A stretch of DNA of 64,000 nucleotides from Chrysomallon squamiferum (taxonomy: Eukaryota; Animalia; Mollusca), in NCBI GenBank assembly GCA_012295275.1, contig CM022671.1, positions 14,260,001-14,324,000 on the forward strand, read 5' to 3'. Within the stretch, counting starts at the first letter, position 1, and each line of letters begins with the position of its first letter. The notes under the pieces are model-generated. The model saw only the letters and a list, made by a program, of their open reading frames with translations, did not search any database and was not told the DNA's origin. Of this stretch, positions 14,223-26,254 are shown piece by piece. Position numbers and translations under genes: made by a program.

Positions 14223-16948
14223 ATGCACACTCACAATGCTACATTATATCGTTATCATGCATTTTTCGCTGTTTATTTTTTTCAGATCATTCTCAACTCA
14301 ATGCATAAATATCAGCCCAGACTTCACGTTGTCCAAGCCAACGATATTTTCAGTATGAGGTGGAACACGTTTAACACTTACGCCTTTGAAGAAACAACAT
14401 TCATAGCTGTTACAGCTTACCAGAATGAACAGGTAGATTTACCCTTTCTCTTCACTGATTTATTACATTCTGTGTCTACGTGTAAGTGCTTTTGTACGTG
14501 CGAGAAACCCCCAGAAAAAAAACACCATTTATATATAAATAAAAAAAAAGAAAGAAAATAAATATCTGAAAAAAAAAGAAAGAAAGAAAAAGGACAGCGA
14601 GAAGGAAAAAAGTGTCTGAACAAGAAACAACGCAACAGCTATTAATACTAAAAGACAGAAACGAAAGAAAAAGAAAGAATGTTACGATGAATAACAGAGA
14701 GTAAAAACAAATGTCTTATACACAAACAATGACTGCACGTCCTCTGAGACCAGTCAAGTCGTGTCTACGGCTGCTTACAAACTAATGTTACAGAAGCGTT
14801 GAATATTTTGTACTGGTTTTACACCGCATTACGCCAGATCTGCCATGTCGTGCCTCCATTACGGCTGGAAAGTTATATTATCCTTCGCTTGTTGACGTTA
14901 TATTTGTCACTTCAAAAGCGATAGATTAATAAATATTTAATTCTTCATCACACATATTCATTAAGACTACAACGCTGCCATCTTGCTACGTTGTTCGTTA
15001 CCGTTCCTGCCATGTGTTGTTTCGTAACAATGAAAACTGATATTAGATGTAGAAGAACTGAAAAAAAAAAAAAAAAAAAAAGGTCAACTCCATTTTCTAA
15101 ACCTTAATTTTTGACAAACATACGTTATTTAATTATTATTTTCACTTTTTTGTCCTTAAATAAATTAAATTAAAAATTAAAAAAAAAAAAAAAATCCTTG
15201 GACAAATGAAAAATAATCTAATTGATAAATGTTAACCTCAAAAAACCCAAACTAAATTTCCTATTTTTTTAAATTAACCGTACATATTTAAAATTATTTT
15301 CAGATAACTCAGTTAAAAATAGACAACAATCCATTTGCAAAAGGATTCCGAGATAATGGAATGGGACGAAGGTAAGCAGTTTTACTTCACATCTAACGTC
15401 ATTACTGGATTCTATCTTTTTTCTTTCTTCCTTTTTTATCTGTCAGTGAATGACAATTAAAACTGACAAGTTTCCTAATTCTGCAAATTTTATTTTTACT
15501 GTACTTTCTAACATTCCAGAAAGATACTGTGCCGATTATTAACTGTATTTATTAAAATAATACAATGTTAATTGTGAATTATGATATTCGAGCATTATTT
15601 GAATACAAACTTAATAACAGTACACTTATTATGACAATGTCCTTTAAAGTGAGTTCGATAACACTTTAAACTATAATCATTCAATTATAGTGTTAACTTT
15701 AATTCTCAAACAGCCGAGGAAAGGAAATACGTGTATATTTTGCAGAATAAATTCATAGCCTTCATCTAAACAGCAAATTTATATTTAATGTGCGCTTTTG
15801 AAATAGCATTTTAATGAATCATGCAATTCTAAATTCTTTGTTGTTTATATTTCTCCTAGTTTTTAAAAGGGACTGACATTATTTTCTTTTCAGAGACCAC
15901 CGCCTCAGCCTCAAACGACCAAACAGTCTCGACACTTCCTCCGAGGACGACAAAGGTGAGACATGCGCATTAAAGTCCTGATTTTTTCTAGCCACTTTCC
16001 TGTAAGCGCTTCTCTTATTGAATTAAGCATCTGTGCCGCTTTTCGCTGAGCTCGAAACTTGCAGCAAATCTTCTCTCGGCCTGTATACGCCGACACCTGA
16101 GCAGAAAGATGGTCGGATTGAATTCCCGCCTGTCTTGTGAAAATGGACGCTTTTACACCCTCTGCGAATTTGAGTTTCTCACCTCGCTTCTGATGGCCTC
16201 TTCGCTTCTCTAACAGCGATAATTCGCCTCGCATTGATAAGATTAGCTTCTCCGATTTGAAATATTAATGAGCTCGGCTAATTACATCACAGAAGGAGCG
16301 GGAGAACCGCGTCAATACTTGGCACCTATCTCGGCGTTAACTCAATAAGTCTCCACCGTCATCTTGGAGACACCTGAACGTGTGGCCTTATTACGAGTCT
16401 GCTCTTCACTTTACACACACCGACATCTCACACACTGATTTCAGCCTCACCATACTTAATACAAAACATCAACAATTTTTCTTATATTTATATGGTATAT
16501 ATTTTTTATTATTAGAATTTTCATTTTAAACAATAAACTGAATGAATAATGTAAAAAAAAAAAAAAAAAAAAAGAAGAATTTAAAAAGAAAGAAAGAAGA
16601 AAAAGAAATGAAAAAAACCCACCAAAAAACAGAAGGATGCTGAAACAGTTTCTAAGAAGAAGGTTAAAATCGTGTTGAATAATAATTTAATTAAACTTTT
16701 TCAGTCTTAAATTAGATGAATAACAAAACGCATATATCAATTTATTTTGACACTGCTTATTTTTTTTTTTTTTTTTTTTTTTAAATTGTTATTACTGTTG
16801 TTATTTATATATATTTTTTTAAATTTGTTAGATTTTATTTCATTCTTTTTCTCTCGGTTAATTTTTTCCCCAAATATCTAAAAAGCAATTTTATACGTAT
16901 TATTTATTTATTTGTTTGTTTGTTTATTTGTTTATTTATTTATTAAAT

Positions 16949-16995
<47 letters not shown>

Positions 16996-18758
16996 TTTCT
17001 ATTATTATTATTATTTATTCATTTTTTTTTATTTATTTTTTTATTGGGAATGAAGAAGAAATGTCGAGATGAAATTATGTCATTCTTCAAACGTCAATAA
17101 CGTCGAAATGCGGTGTTGTCGAAATAAAAGTTTATTCTACTCGTTAGTTGACTTCGGAATACAGAAGTAATTACTGTCTGCGTAATGCGGGGAAACAAAA
17201 CACAAGTGCGTCGCCTCTGTGCGATTTGTTTAGTTTTTCAATTACGTTGTTATCCGCCCTATCTCGCCACTGCAGAGCCGAGTCTCTGGCGAAGTGTGAC
17301 GGCACGCGCCACCCTCGACACTGGGAGGCCGCACGGGTTCGTACTTAACGAGTGGCACATGTGTTATGCTGTATTATCTAACGTAATCATCATTATGTCC
17401 GTGCATTTAACCCGTAATGAAATGTGTATCTATTAAAGCAGTTGTTCAAAAAGAAGGAAAACACAAAACCAATTATCTGACGGTGTGAATTACGGGGATG
17501 ACGTTGGAGAAAAAAAAAATCAAAAAATCAAAAAACAACAATTATATGGCAGTTCGTTGTTAAATAATTACAAATCTTTACAAATTAACCGGCTCACCTA
17601 TGTAAGATCTCTTTTTGTGCAGGACCCGCGGCAAGGAATATATAAGAAAGCAAGGTAACACTTTTGTTGTTCCTGATGATAATTCCACGGGCAGTAAATT
17701 GTATTTAAACGGTTACCTAACACCGCGGTGGACAGGGGTGCGCCACGGCAGATGGCGGAGAACAGATGCCAGGATTACCTCTCCTTGGACCTGTCTCGCG
17801 TCTTAGACAATGACCTCAGAATCAATTACAGTACACGACACGACCAGAGGCCACAAACCGTGAATTTTAATAGTCGCTTTTCGCTGTCCTGCATCAGTAC
17901 CGGCGTTAAATAAATAAATAAAAATGTAGATGTTTAAAACAAAATTTAAAAAAAAAGCAAAAAAGCTATTATTGTAATGATAAATGTTTGTGAAGAGAGT
18001 GGGAATGAATAAGAAAATACATTTTGCTTAATTAGTGAGAATGATTTTTTAGCATTTATTTATTTATTTATTTATTTGTTTATTTATTTATGTTATTTAT
18101 TTATTTTGTAGGTGATGTGATGGGTTCATCGAAGAAAATCAAGACTGACTGTGACGACATGGGGATGAAACTGAAAACGGAGACGCACTCAATGATATCG
18201 TCACATCCCATTTCTAAAGACGCCGACACTGACTCCCTCTCCAACACCACTGACGACGTCGCCAGCGACACGCCGGACACGGATCTGCCGTCGTGCCAGA
18301 TTATGAAGGCGGCCTCGACGATATCTCCAACCCTGGACAAAACACGAGCGTCACACAGCGCGGCTTCGTCTCCCTCGCCGAGTCAGTGTCAGTTCGGCAA
18401 CTCAAAACAGTTTTCTCAGTGCATGGGTGGAGACCAGGTCTACTACCCGCACCACTCCAGCAGGATGGCCAACAGTTCCTTCTTGCCAGTTTCGTCAGCA
18501 GCTCTTCTGCAGCCTGTTTCGGGCAGTCTAAGTCAGATGCAGCAAGCCTGTCGTCTGCCGAACCAAACCAACGACTGCTCCTTGCGACAGTCAGCAGGTC
18601 TGACGTCTTCTCACGGGTACGGCATTCGGACACCTCCCAATCAGCACCACCCGTCGCTCTCGTCCTGCACCTACATGCAGTCTGCACAACAATATGCTGC
18701 GCATCTGGCCCCCAACATGCACATGATGAACATGAATTTCCCTGGACCAATGGCTTGA
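7913..18758 (+). CDS. T-box transcription factor, 5'-partial (Tbx2/3/4/5-Tbx6/16 supergroup, most likely Tbx6/16-like); exons 7913-8180, 14286-14432, 15304-15371, 15894-15955, 18112-18758
   Basis: The spliced exons give [61 protein letters not shown]...KLKLTNN..GH|[16 protein letters not shown]...[11 protein letters not shown]|[17 protein letters not shown], a canonical T-box, followed by an S/Q/H/M-rich tail ending at TGA 18756-58. All introns are GT-AG with consistent phases. The exon encoding the start of the T-box (EMxITKxG) was not found in 1-7912. Confidence 0.95.
9370..9790. repeat. Degenerate AT-rich tandem/foldback repeat with core AGTATTAAAATA
   Basis: Many copies of (T)AGTATTAAAAT, plus a near-palindrome AGTATTAAAATATTTTTAATACT at about 9525-9547. 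Confidence 0.7.
12789..12870. repeat. (TCTA)n-(TA)n microsatellite
   Basis: Visible tandem units. Confidence 0.93.
12963..13050. repeat. 42-bp tandem duplication, each copy containing CACGTG
   Basis: TTTAAATTTTATTTCACGTGCGCnnTAATATTT occurs twice; CACGTG at 12982 and 13024. Confidence 0.85.
13546..13707. promoter_or_regulatory. Pair of CTCF-like core motifs in divergent orientation
   Basis: GCGCCCTCTAGGG at 13546-58 and CTAGAGGGCG at 13698-707 form a perfect 10-bp inverted repeat resembling the CTCF core CCAcTAGAGGGCGC. Confidence 0.35.
16899..17040. repeat. (ATTT)n/(ATT)n low-complexity microsatellite
   Basis: Visible tandem units. Confidence 0.9.
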
Positions 18759-21700
18759 AAGTGTGGAAAGGTTTTTAATGAACAAAATGGTTATTTAACG
18801 TGAAGTGCTGGCCCCGGAGCACCAGTATTATCAGCCCGGCATTAAATGCAGTATTCTTACACCTGGTGAGAATGGGTTAAAATAAAATGACAGATTGTGC
18901 TATTCAAACATAGGTTCGAAGAACATGCGACAGCAAAGTTGAAGATTTCTGTATTATTATCGAACATGTTTAAAATCAATACGTGTTGAGGACGATGCTA
19001 AAGCGAAATGAACTTTATTGTTTAATTATTACTGTACAGCTTTTATTTCATGAGTTTTGTTATTCATTATAAATATTTAAAAGGCATCAAGTCGCGTGTT
19101 ACCTTTAGTTTAGCCATTTCGTTCAAATCTTTTGTTTAACAAACACACCAGAAAGAATATTTATTATAATATAATGCATGCATAGGAAGCGGGGGAGGAA
19201 ACAAAAAAGGAAAAAGAAACGTCTCGAAGTCACGTGACGTAGAGTCGGAATCATTTCTTATTTATTGTAGTGTCTGGGAAAATACATTTTAAAAAATTGT
19301 ATATATTGTAGACTTCTTGTATATGTATTTTTTTCTCTGACTTTTTTTTAACAATAATTATTACAAATGATGTTTACTCGTGTGAGAGTATGATGCCGAT
19401 GGTAAAAATGTGCAATGAGCGATATGTAAAATTAATGTAACTATTTATGTGTTATTTCATTAAACAAACATGTTCTAAAATTTTCTTTTCTCTCCCCCAC
19501 CAACAAAAAAATATATAATAATAATAACTAATAAATGTAATATGTGAATTTGAACTCTTGACTACTTTATTTAAAAATAATTGTCTTGTTTGTGATGTGT
19601 ATCTTATTAAAATGTTTAAATTTGCCCGTTTGCTTTCATTTATTTTAAACCGTAGAACTGAACGCATCCATATTTAAATAAGGACATTCTGATCAAAAGT
19701 GGATTTAAATAAACTGATATTATTCTCAGAATTTAAACGACGTCACGTGCTTTAAATGGATGATTTTTGTCAGATTTGCTGTTTAACAGAAGTGAACAGA
19801 TGAAAAAAATACAACACTGGACAAACAATATTTGAAAATCTCTACCAAAAATCAAACCATAACGTTTGCTCAGTTACATGTTTCAAATCAGAAAGTAAAT
19901 ATTTTAAACGACAATAAGAAAATATAAAAACAGAATAACATAAACACAAAATCGTAACCTTTTCCATTAAATATACAGTCAACATTTTATAATTATCGTT
20001 TTCAATCAGGTGCGTGTGTTTTTATGTTTGGGTATAAATATATGTGTGTGTGAGTGCGCGTGTGTGTGTGTCCTGTGTAAGTAATTCGACTGTAAACAAT
20101 CGAGTGAAGAGTTATCAGTTAACAGAGATGTTGAATAATAAATACATCACCGGCGGCGACTACATATACATGAAATCCAGCATTTCTTTAAAGTGTATTC
20201 TCTTTGTGTACAAAGCAGCAAGATAATTAATTAATTACTGCTGGAATTGAAGGTGACGAGGGAAATAAACTACAAAATTATCCCTTTTTCTTTTCTCTTT
20301 CTGTTCCTTTCAGTGAGGACAAAAATAGTTTTTTTGTTGCTTGTAACACCAAGACAACGTTCATACTCATTAAATTAGTGACACAGTTCATTTGGGATGA
20401 GATAAAACAGAAAAGGAATATTTTTGTCATTTTATGATTTTAATTTAATGTTAATTTACTTTTCGTGATTATGACGTATTTTTTAATTTATTTTCTCTCT
20501 TTTTTTTTTAATGATGAAAATATTATAATGCATCATATTTTATTCATTATTTTAAAATTATTTATTTATTTATTTATTTATTTTTTAATTTTAAGGTTAA
20601 AAAAAAAAAAAAAAAGTAATTAATTTATCAAATTAATATAATCAAAATTTCAGGTAACAACAACAACACAACACGTCATCCGCATCTCTTAATTATTTAA
20701 TTTCCTTGCGTCATATTATAACTATTCTTTTCTGACTAAATTAGATTAAAATGAAATTAGCCCGATATTATCGTTTCCTGTTTGAGCAGCAATATGGCTC
20801 CTAACGATCAGTCTGGATCCTTCGCGACCTCTACCTCCATACGAAACTAGTGACGTGAATCACGATGTCCCACATACAACGTCAACACTTCCTCAACCGG
20901 ACCCATTAACTTCGCGTCCCTTGTGATCCCACCTTTGTTAGCCAACTCGCGTCTTTGATCTTTCGATTACTGCATTAAAACGACTGCTGTACCAAAGAGC
21001 CAAACAGAAGCCTCGGTGTTCCATACGTTTTTAAACCGTCTTCGATAACGGGGCGATGCTTTCTCACAATATCGCAACGTTCCTAAAGTCGGGTGTCTGT
21101 AACAATTTATACGAGACGATCAGTGTTGTGTTTCACGAGCGATTTTAAAGGGGTGGAAGGAATTCGAGTTTTAAATCTGTGGATGCAATACATTCTGTTA
21201 GTGGGAGGTGTTCGGTATCACTGTTTGTGTGTCGGCATCGTGTGTGGGCTTTTAATAGTATAAAATTTATTAGCTAACGTTTAGTATATGGGCAAAGCTG
21301 CCTTATACTGCGGATTTAAACTATACACCACAACATGACATACGACGCATATCTTCATAGCTATGTTTTTTCACCCGAAGTAAAATCGCATCTTAAATAT
21401 ATATATATATATATATATATTCTCCTTGTGTGAGAATCATGTATATTATTATATTATTTCTTATGTTATGCTATTTTGTTTTATTTATCTATTCTCTTAA
21501 TTAGTTCGTTTTTATTTATTTGTATATGTTTTCTGATTGAATATAAAAACGATATATATATATATATATACCACTGTTTGTTGTGTATGTGTGTGTGTGT
21601 GTATATATATACATACATATACACACAAATAAATAAAAACGAACTAATTAAGTGAATAAATAAATAAAACAAAATAGCTAAAAATAAGGAATAATATAAT

Positions 21701-21778
21701 AATATACATGATTCCCACACAATGCTAATACAGTCGGAATTCCGAGCTGTTAATATTTTTAAATAGAAGATAGATAGA

Positions 21779-21813
<35 letters not shown>

Positions 21814-21852
21814 ATTACATAGTATAGAAACTCAACTGATGTCATTACTGTT

Positions 21853-21900
<48 letters not shown>

Positions 21901-22639
21901 TTTGTTTGTTTGTTTGTTTCTTTTTTTTGTTGTTTTTGTTATCTTAACAAAAATAAAAAATAATGATAATAATAACAACAGTAGCAACAACAAAGAAATA
22001 ACAAAAGTTAACATAGCAGCCAAAGCTAGGTTGGGACCATTTTTAAATTGATTTTTACTTTAATTATATATAAAAACTGTAGCATAGGTATTTTCTTCAT
22101 CTGTAAGCTGATGACATTTTGATGACGTTTTAGTGTGCTTATAAAGAAAATGAATGAGCCATTTTATAACAGAATAGTTGTAAACCAATTACGTAAATCA
22201 ACTTTTTATCGTCTGTAAAAAAAAAATTAATACAAGGAGAATCTGAAATCACGAGTCAGATTTCAGCATCTCATTATAATCTACATTTTCAGACTGTAGA
22301 ATGATTTCAGATAAAATTATATACACATAAATGAATAAATATATAAATGATGATGATGATATTATTATTATTGTTATGATCATCATAAATTATTAATCTT
22401 CTATTTAAATGTGTTGTTGTTAATCAAGACATAGCTGTGTTCAATCCTGTACATGATTTACACGTGTATCATTTTAACTAGCTGTTTTGTTCGCTGGACT
22501 GTAGTATAATATGCATGCAAGTTCTTTAAAATCAAAGTCGAACTCTTACGGTTTTCAAATATTTACAATTTTATTCACACGATTTTCATACACGAAATTT
22601 TGTAGTCATGATTTTTTCTTTTTCTTTCTTTCTTTGTTA

Positions 22640-22760
22640 ATAATAATAATTATTATTATTATTATTATTATTATAATTATTATTATAATTATTATAATTA
22701 TTATTATTATTATTATTATTTTTGTTGTTGTTGTTGTTGTTGTTGTTATTTTTATTATTA
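22640..22760. repeat. (AAT/ATT)n-(GTT)n microsatellite
   Basis: Visible tandem units; source of a spurious poly-Ile/Val ORF. Confidence 0.9.
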
Positions 22761-23034
22761 TATATATTTATTTTATGTTACTGAAGTTTCCACTTTAATC
22801 ACGATAGACATTGCAAATAATATACTGTAGTTCTTGAATCAGTTCTGTACTATTCATACTAGTGAATAATTTAATAAAACTATATATTTTCTTTATCTGT
22901 AGTGAAAAACTGTCTTCTCAAAATGTTTTTCGTAAAATGATAGAAATGTCTCCACTTTGAGAATTTGTAATAATTATAAAGACTATCATTGTAATATTAC
23001 AACATCATGCATACTTCGAAGTGTTAGGGAATAA

Positions 23035-23077
<43 letters not shown>

Positions 23078-23251
23078 AGTTTCCGCGATTCTAAATAATA
23101 TACAGACTTCTTTTCTTTTTTCCCCACATAAATCTTTGGATCTTCCTTGAAAACAAATATGCCTGCCTTATTTTATAATTGATGTCAGCTAAAATCTGTT
23201 TAAGTTTTTATTTCAAAATATTTTTTATAGTTTGCAAGCAAGAATAAAGCG

Positions 23252-23305
<54 letters not shown>

Positions 23306-23533
23306 CGACGACAAACCGGAGTGATAAAACAAGTATATTTATTTCGAATGAAAGCTAATCTTTTATCCTAATGTACTTTCACCTTAATACGAACAAGATA
23401 TAATAGCTTTTATAATAAAATTATATACCGTGTCGATGTTTTCTGATTGAATATAAAAACGAAGAATCATAAAACCTTTGTATTTAAACGCATAACCTAG
23501 ATATCAATAATGATGCTAACACTACTACTACTG

Positions 23534-23566
<33 letters not shown>

Positions 23567-25139
23567 TTACTATTGCTCCATCTCGTCCTCCTCTTCATAA
23601 TAATAATAATGATGATGATGATGATGATAAAATAAAAAATAACAAAATAAAAATACTGATGGAAAACAGACATAAAAGAAAAATGTATTTACTAAATGCT
23701 GATGAGTTAGATATCTACCAGTGACTGATTAATAAAACTGACTGGATATCAGATAAACAAAAACTTGTTTTCCTTTCCAATGGACATGTTAACCTCATTA
23801 CTGTCAGTGTCACGGGTTGTCAGCCGTGGCTAGCTTCGCACCCGACTCGGTAACAGGGTGGTCCAAAAAACCTGACAGTAAAAACAGACAAAAGCTGCTT
23901 GTCAACACTAGTAGGATATCTCTTGCTATCTATGTCCTGCGCTGAACTTGGTGACGAAAAATTAATTCTAGAATTACTCTGGTTTTGACGGAGGTGATAC
24001 CTCCGTGCTGGGTTCGTCGTCGAGGCGTTTGAAGTTTATAGCAAGTTTTCTGCGATGGAAATCCCTAATAAAACCCGAGCGGGTTTGCCATTAGCACTCT
24101 AAGGTATCGGAGGTAATCCGAGAAAATTCTGCTGGACCACCAAGATTTCCCCCATCTCGAACATCTGAATCTTTAGTTTGTCTTGCTATTTACTTATTTA
24201 AAAACAAATAAAATACACGTCACACACCAGCAATAATATCTAGCTTGAAATATACTGATGTAGATTTAGACTTACGCTTTGAAATAATTGAAATTCACTA
24301 TAATGAAATACAGTTACAGAAAATACTGTATTTTGTTTCTAAAGAGTGTATGATTATTTACTTTTATAACATTTATTCTTAACCGACAAAACGATAAAAA
24401 GCTAGTTCTTGTTAGCGTAGTGGAGAAAAAGTCCATAAATCAGATGCACGCTGTTATTTCCGTGATTTCTGAAAACACGGCAGAAGACAAATGACATTTT
24501 TAACACGTCACTGGGGCACGTGTGTTTTTCGAATCAATTAACCAATGTGGCATATTCATTCAACCTTATTCTGCGCAACGAACACGGCTCGGGTCGCATT
24601 ATCAGAAAGACTAACACCTGTGAATTCTGGGTGGGAGATATCTCGCAAACCATTTCATAACGCCGACCGATTGCATAGCGTTATTTTGGCATTTTCAATT
24701 GGCTGGAATCATAAAAAGCTCATTAAAATTGAATAATTGCCCATTTATCTGTTCTTTCAATTGTAATCCATGTACGTACACCGAGGTCGGGGTATGGATT
24801 TCACGGCAAGGATCCTGTGAAAATTGCTTTCTAACGAATTTAAGGAAGGCCGTCGTGAGTGGTTAAGAAAATAATTTAACTCCAATTGTAAGTATAGACA
24901 GGTTCGTATACGTATTTAGTCCATCACCACATAAATAACCAGAGAAAATGATAAAGAAATGAAAGGGGAAAAAAAAAAAAAGAAAGAGGAGTTTGAAGGT
25001 GCGTGCGTGATTATGAATGTGTGCGTGTTTGCGTTAGAGAGACAGACAGAGAGAGAGAGATAAACATTTTTGGTTAGTTCGACAAAGAAAAATAACTGTT
25101 TTACGTTATTATTGTTGGTAACCAAATAATAATAATAAT

Positions 25140-25180
<41 letters not shown>

Positions 25181-25760
25181 TAATAATAAAGAATATTTCC
25201 ACTTGAATGCAAGGAATCAAGAAACCTTCTTAATTAACAAATGTTAAAGGCAGTTTGTATATGAAAAAAACAACAACACAATAAACACAATCAATTCATC
25301 TGTTTTAAGATTACAAATAAAAGTACATACATCTTAGTATCTGAACATACAAAAAAATAATAAAATAAAATAAAATAAAATAATAATATTATCCTTTAGG
25401 CCTAGACTAGGACAGTTAAAGAAAATAGGTTAAAACTAATGCGTCAGCTAAAATCATGAACAAAAGATTTCTATCTAAATATGATGTAAAGCAAGTCTTA
25501 AAGAATCCTGAAAATAATGTATGACAAGTGATATATGTCATTTTGCAGCAGACTAAACTAGTGTATTGTACAATGTAAGTTTGAAGAGACAATTCATTTA
25601 TTGTACAACTTATTCTTTACAACAGTTAAAACTTTACAATTGGTCTAAAAAAAAAAAAATCATAAAAAATTATATAAAAAAAGGAGATCTAAAAAATGAT
25701 TTAAAATCAAATAAAAAAGATGATGGTGACGACAGTAATAATAATAATAAAAAATAATAA

Positions 25761-25800
<40 letters not shown>

Positions 25801-26018
25801 TAATAATAACAATAATAAATATATTACATTAACAATAATTAATCTATTTCATTTAACAGAGGTGATGAGCAAGGTTAATGAAGAAGCATGTTTTAACAAA
25901 ATAATCATTAAAAGATTTAAGAAACAAATGGTCATTTTTACAGAAAGAATGCATCCTTTACATATATATATTACTGTTACTTCCTTTAACTCAATAAAAA
26001 TCCAAACGACAGCATCAA

Positions 26019-26067
<49 letters not shown>

Positions 26068-26210
26068 TATAAATAATAATAATAATTAAAAAAAAAAATA
26101 ATACTCATAATAAAGAAAACATTATGTTCTTTTAATATTTCTGTTTTCCATAAGCAGAAATATATATTTAAAAAATACTTATAATAATAATAAAAAATAC
26201 ACTGAATTAG

Positions 26211-26254
<44 letters not shown>

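Noticed and set aside
18101-18785. Alternative-frame and antisense ORFs over the last T-box exon
   Set aside because: Shadows of a GC-rich coding exon; only frame 18112-18758 splices in phase.
23798-24152. Hammerhead ribozyme, telomerase RNA, RNase P/MRP or 7SK
   Set aside because: No CUGANGA/GAAA core, no CUAACCCU template, and none of the conserved boxes of those RNAs on either strand.
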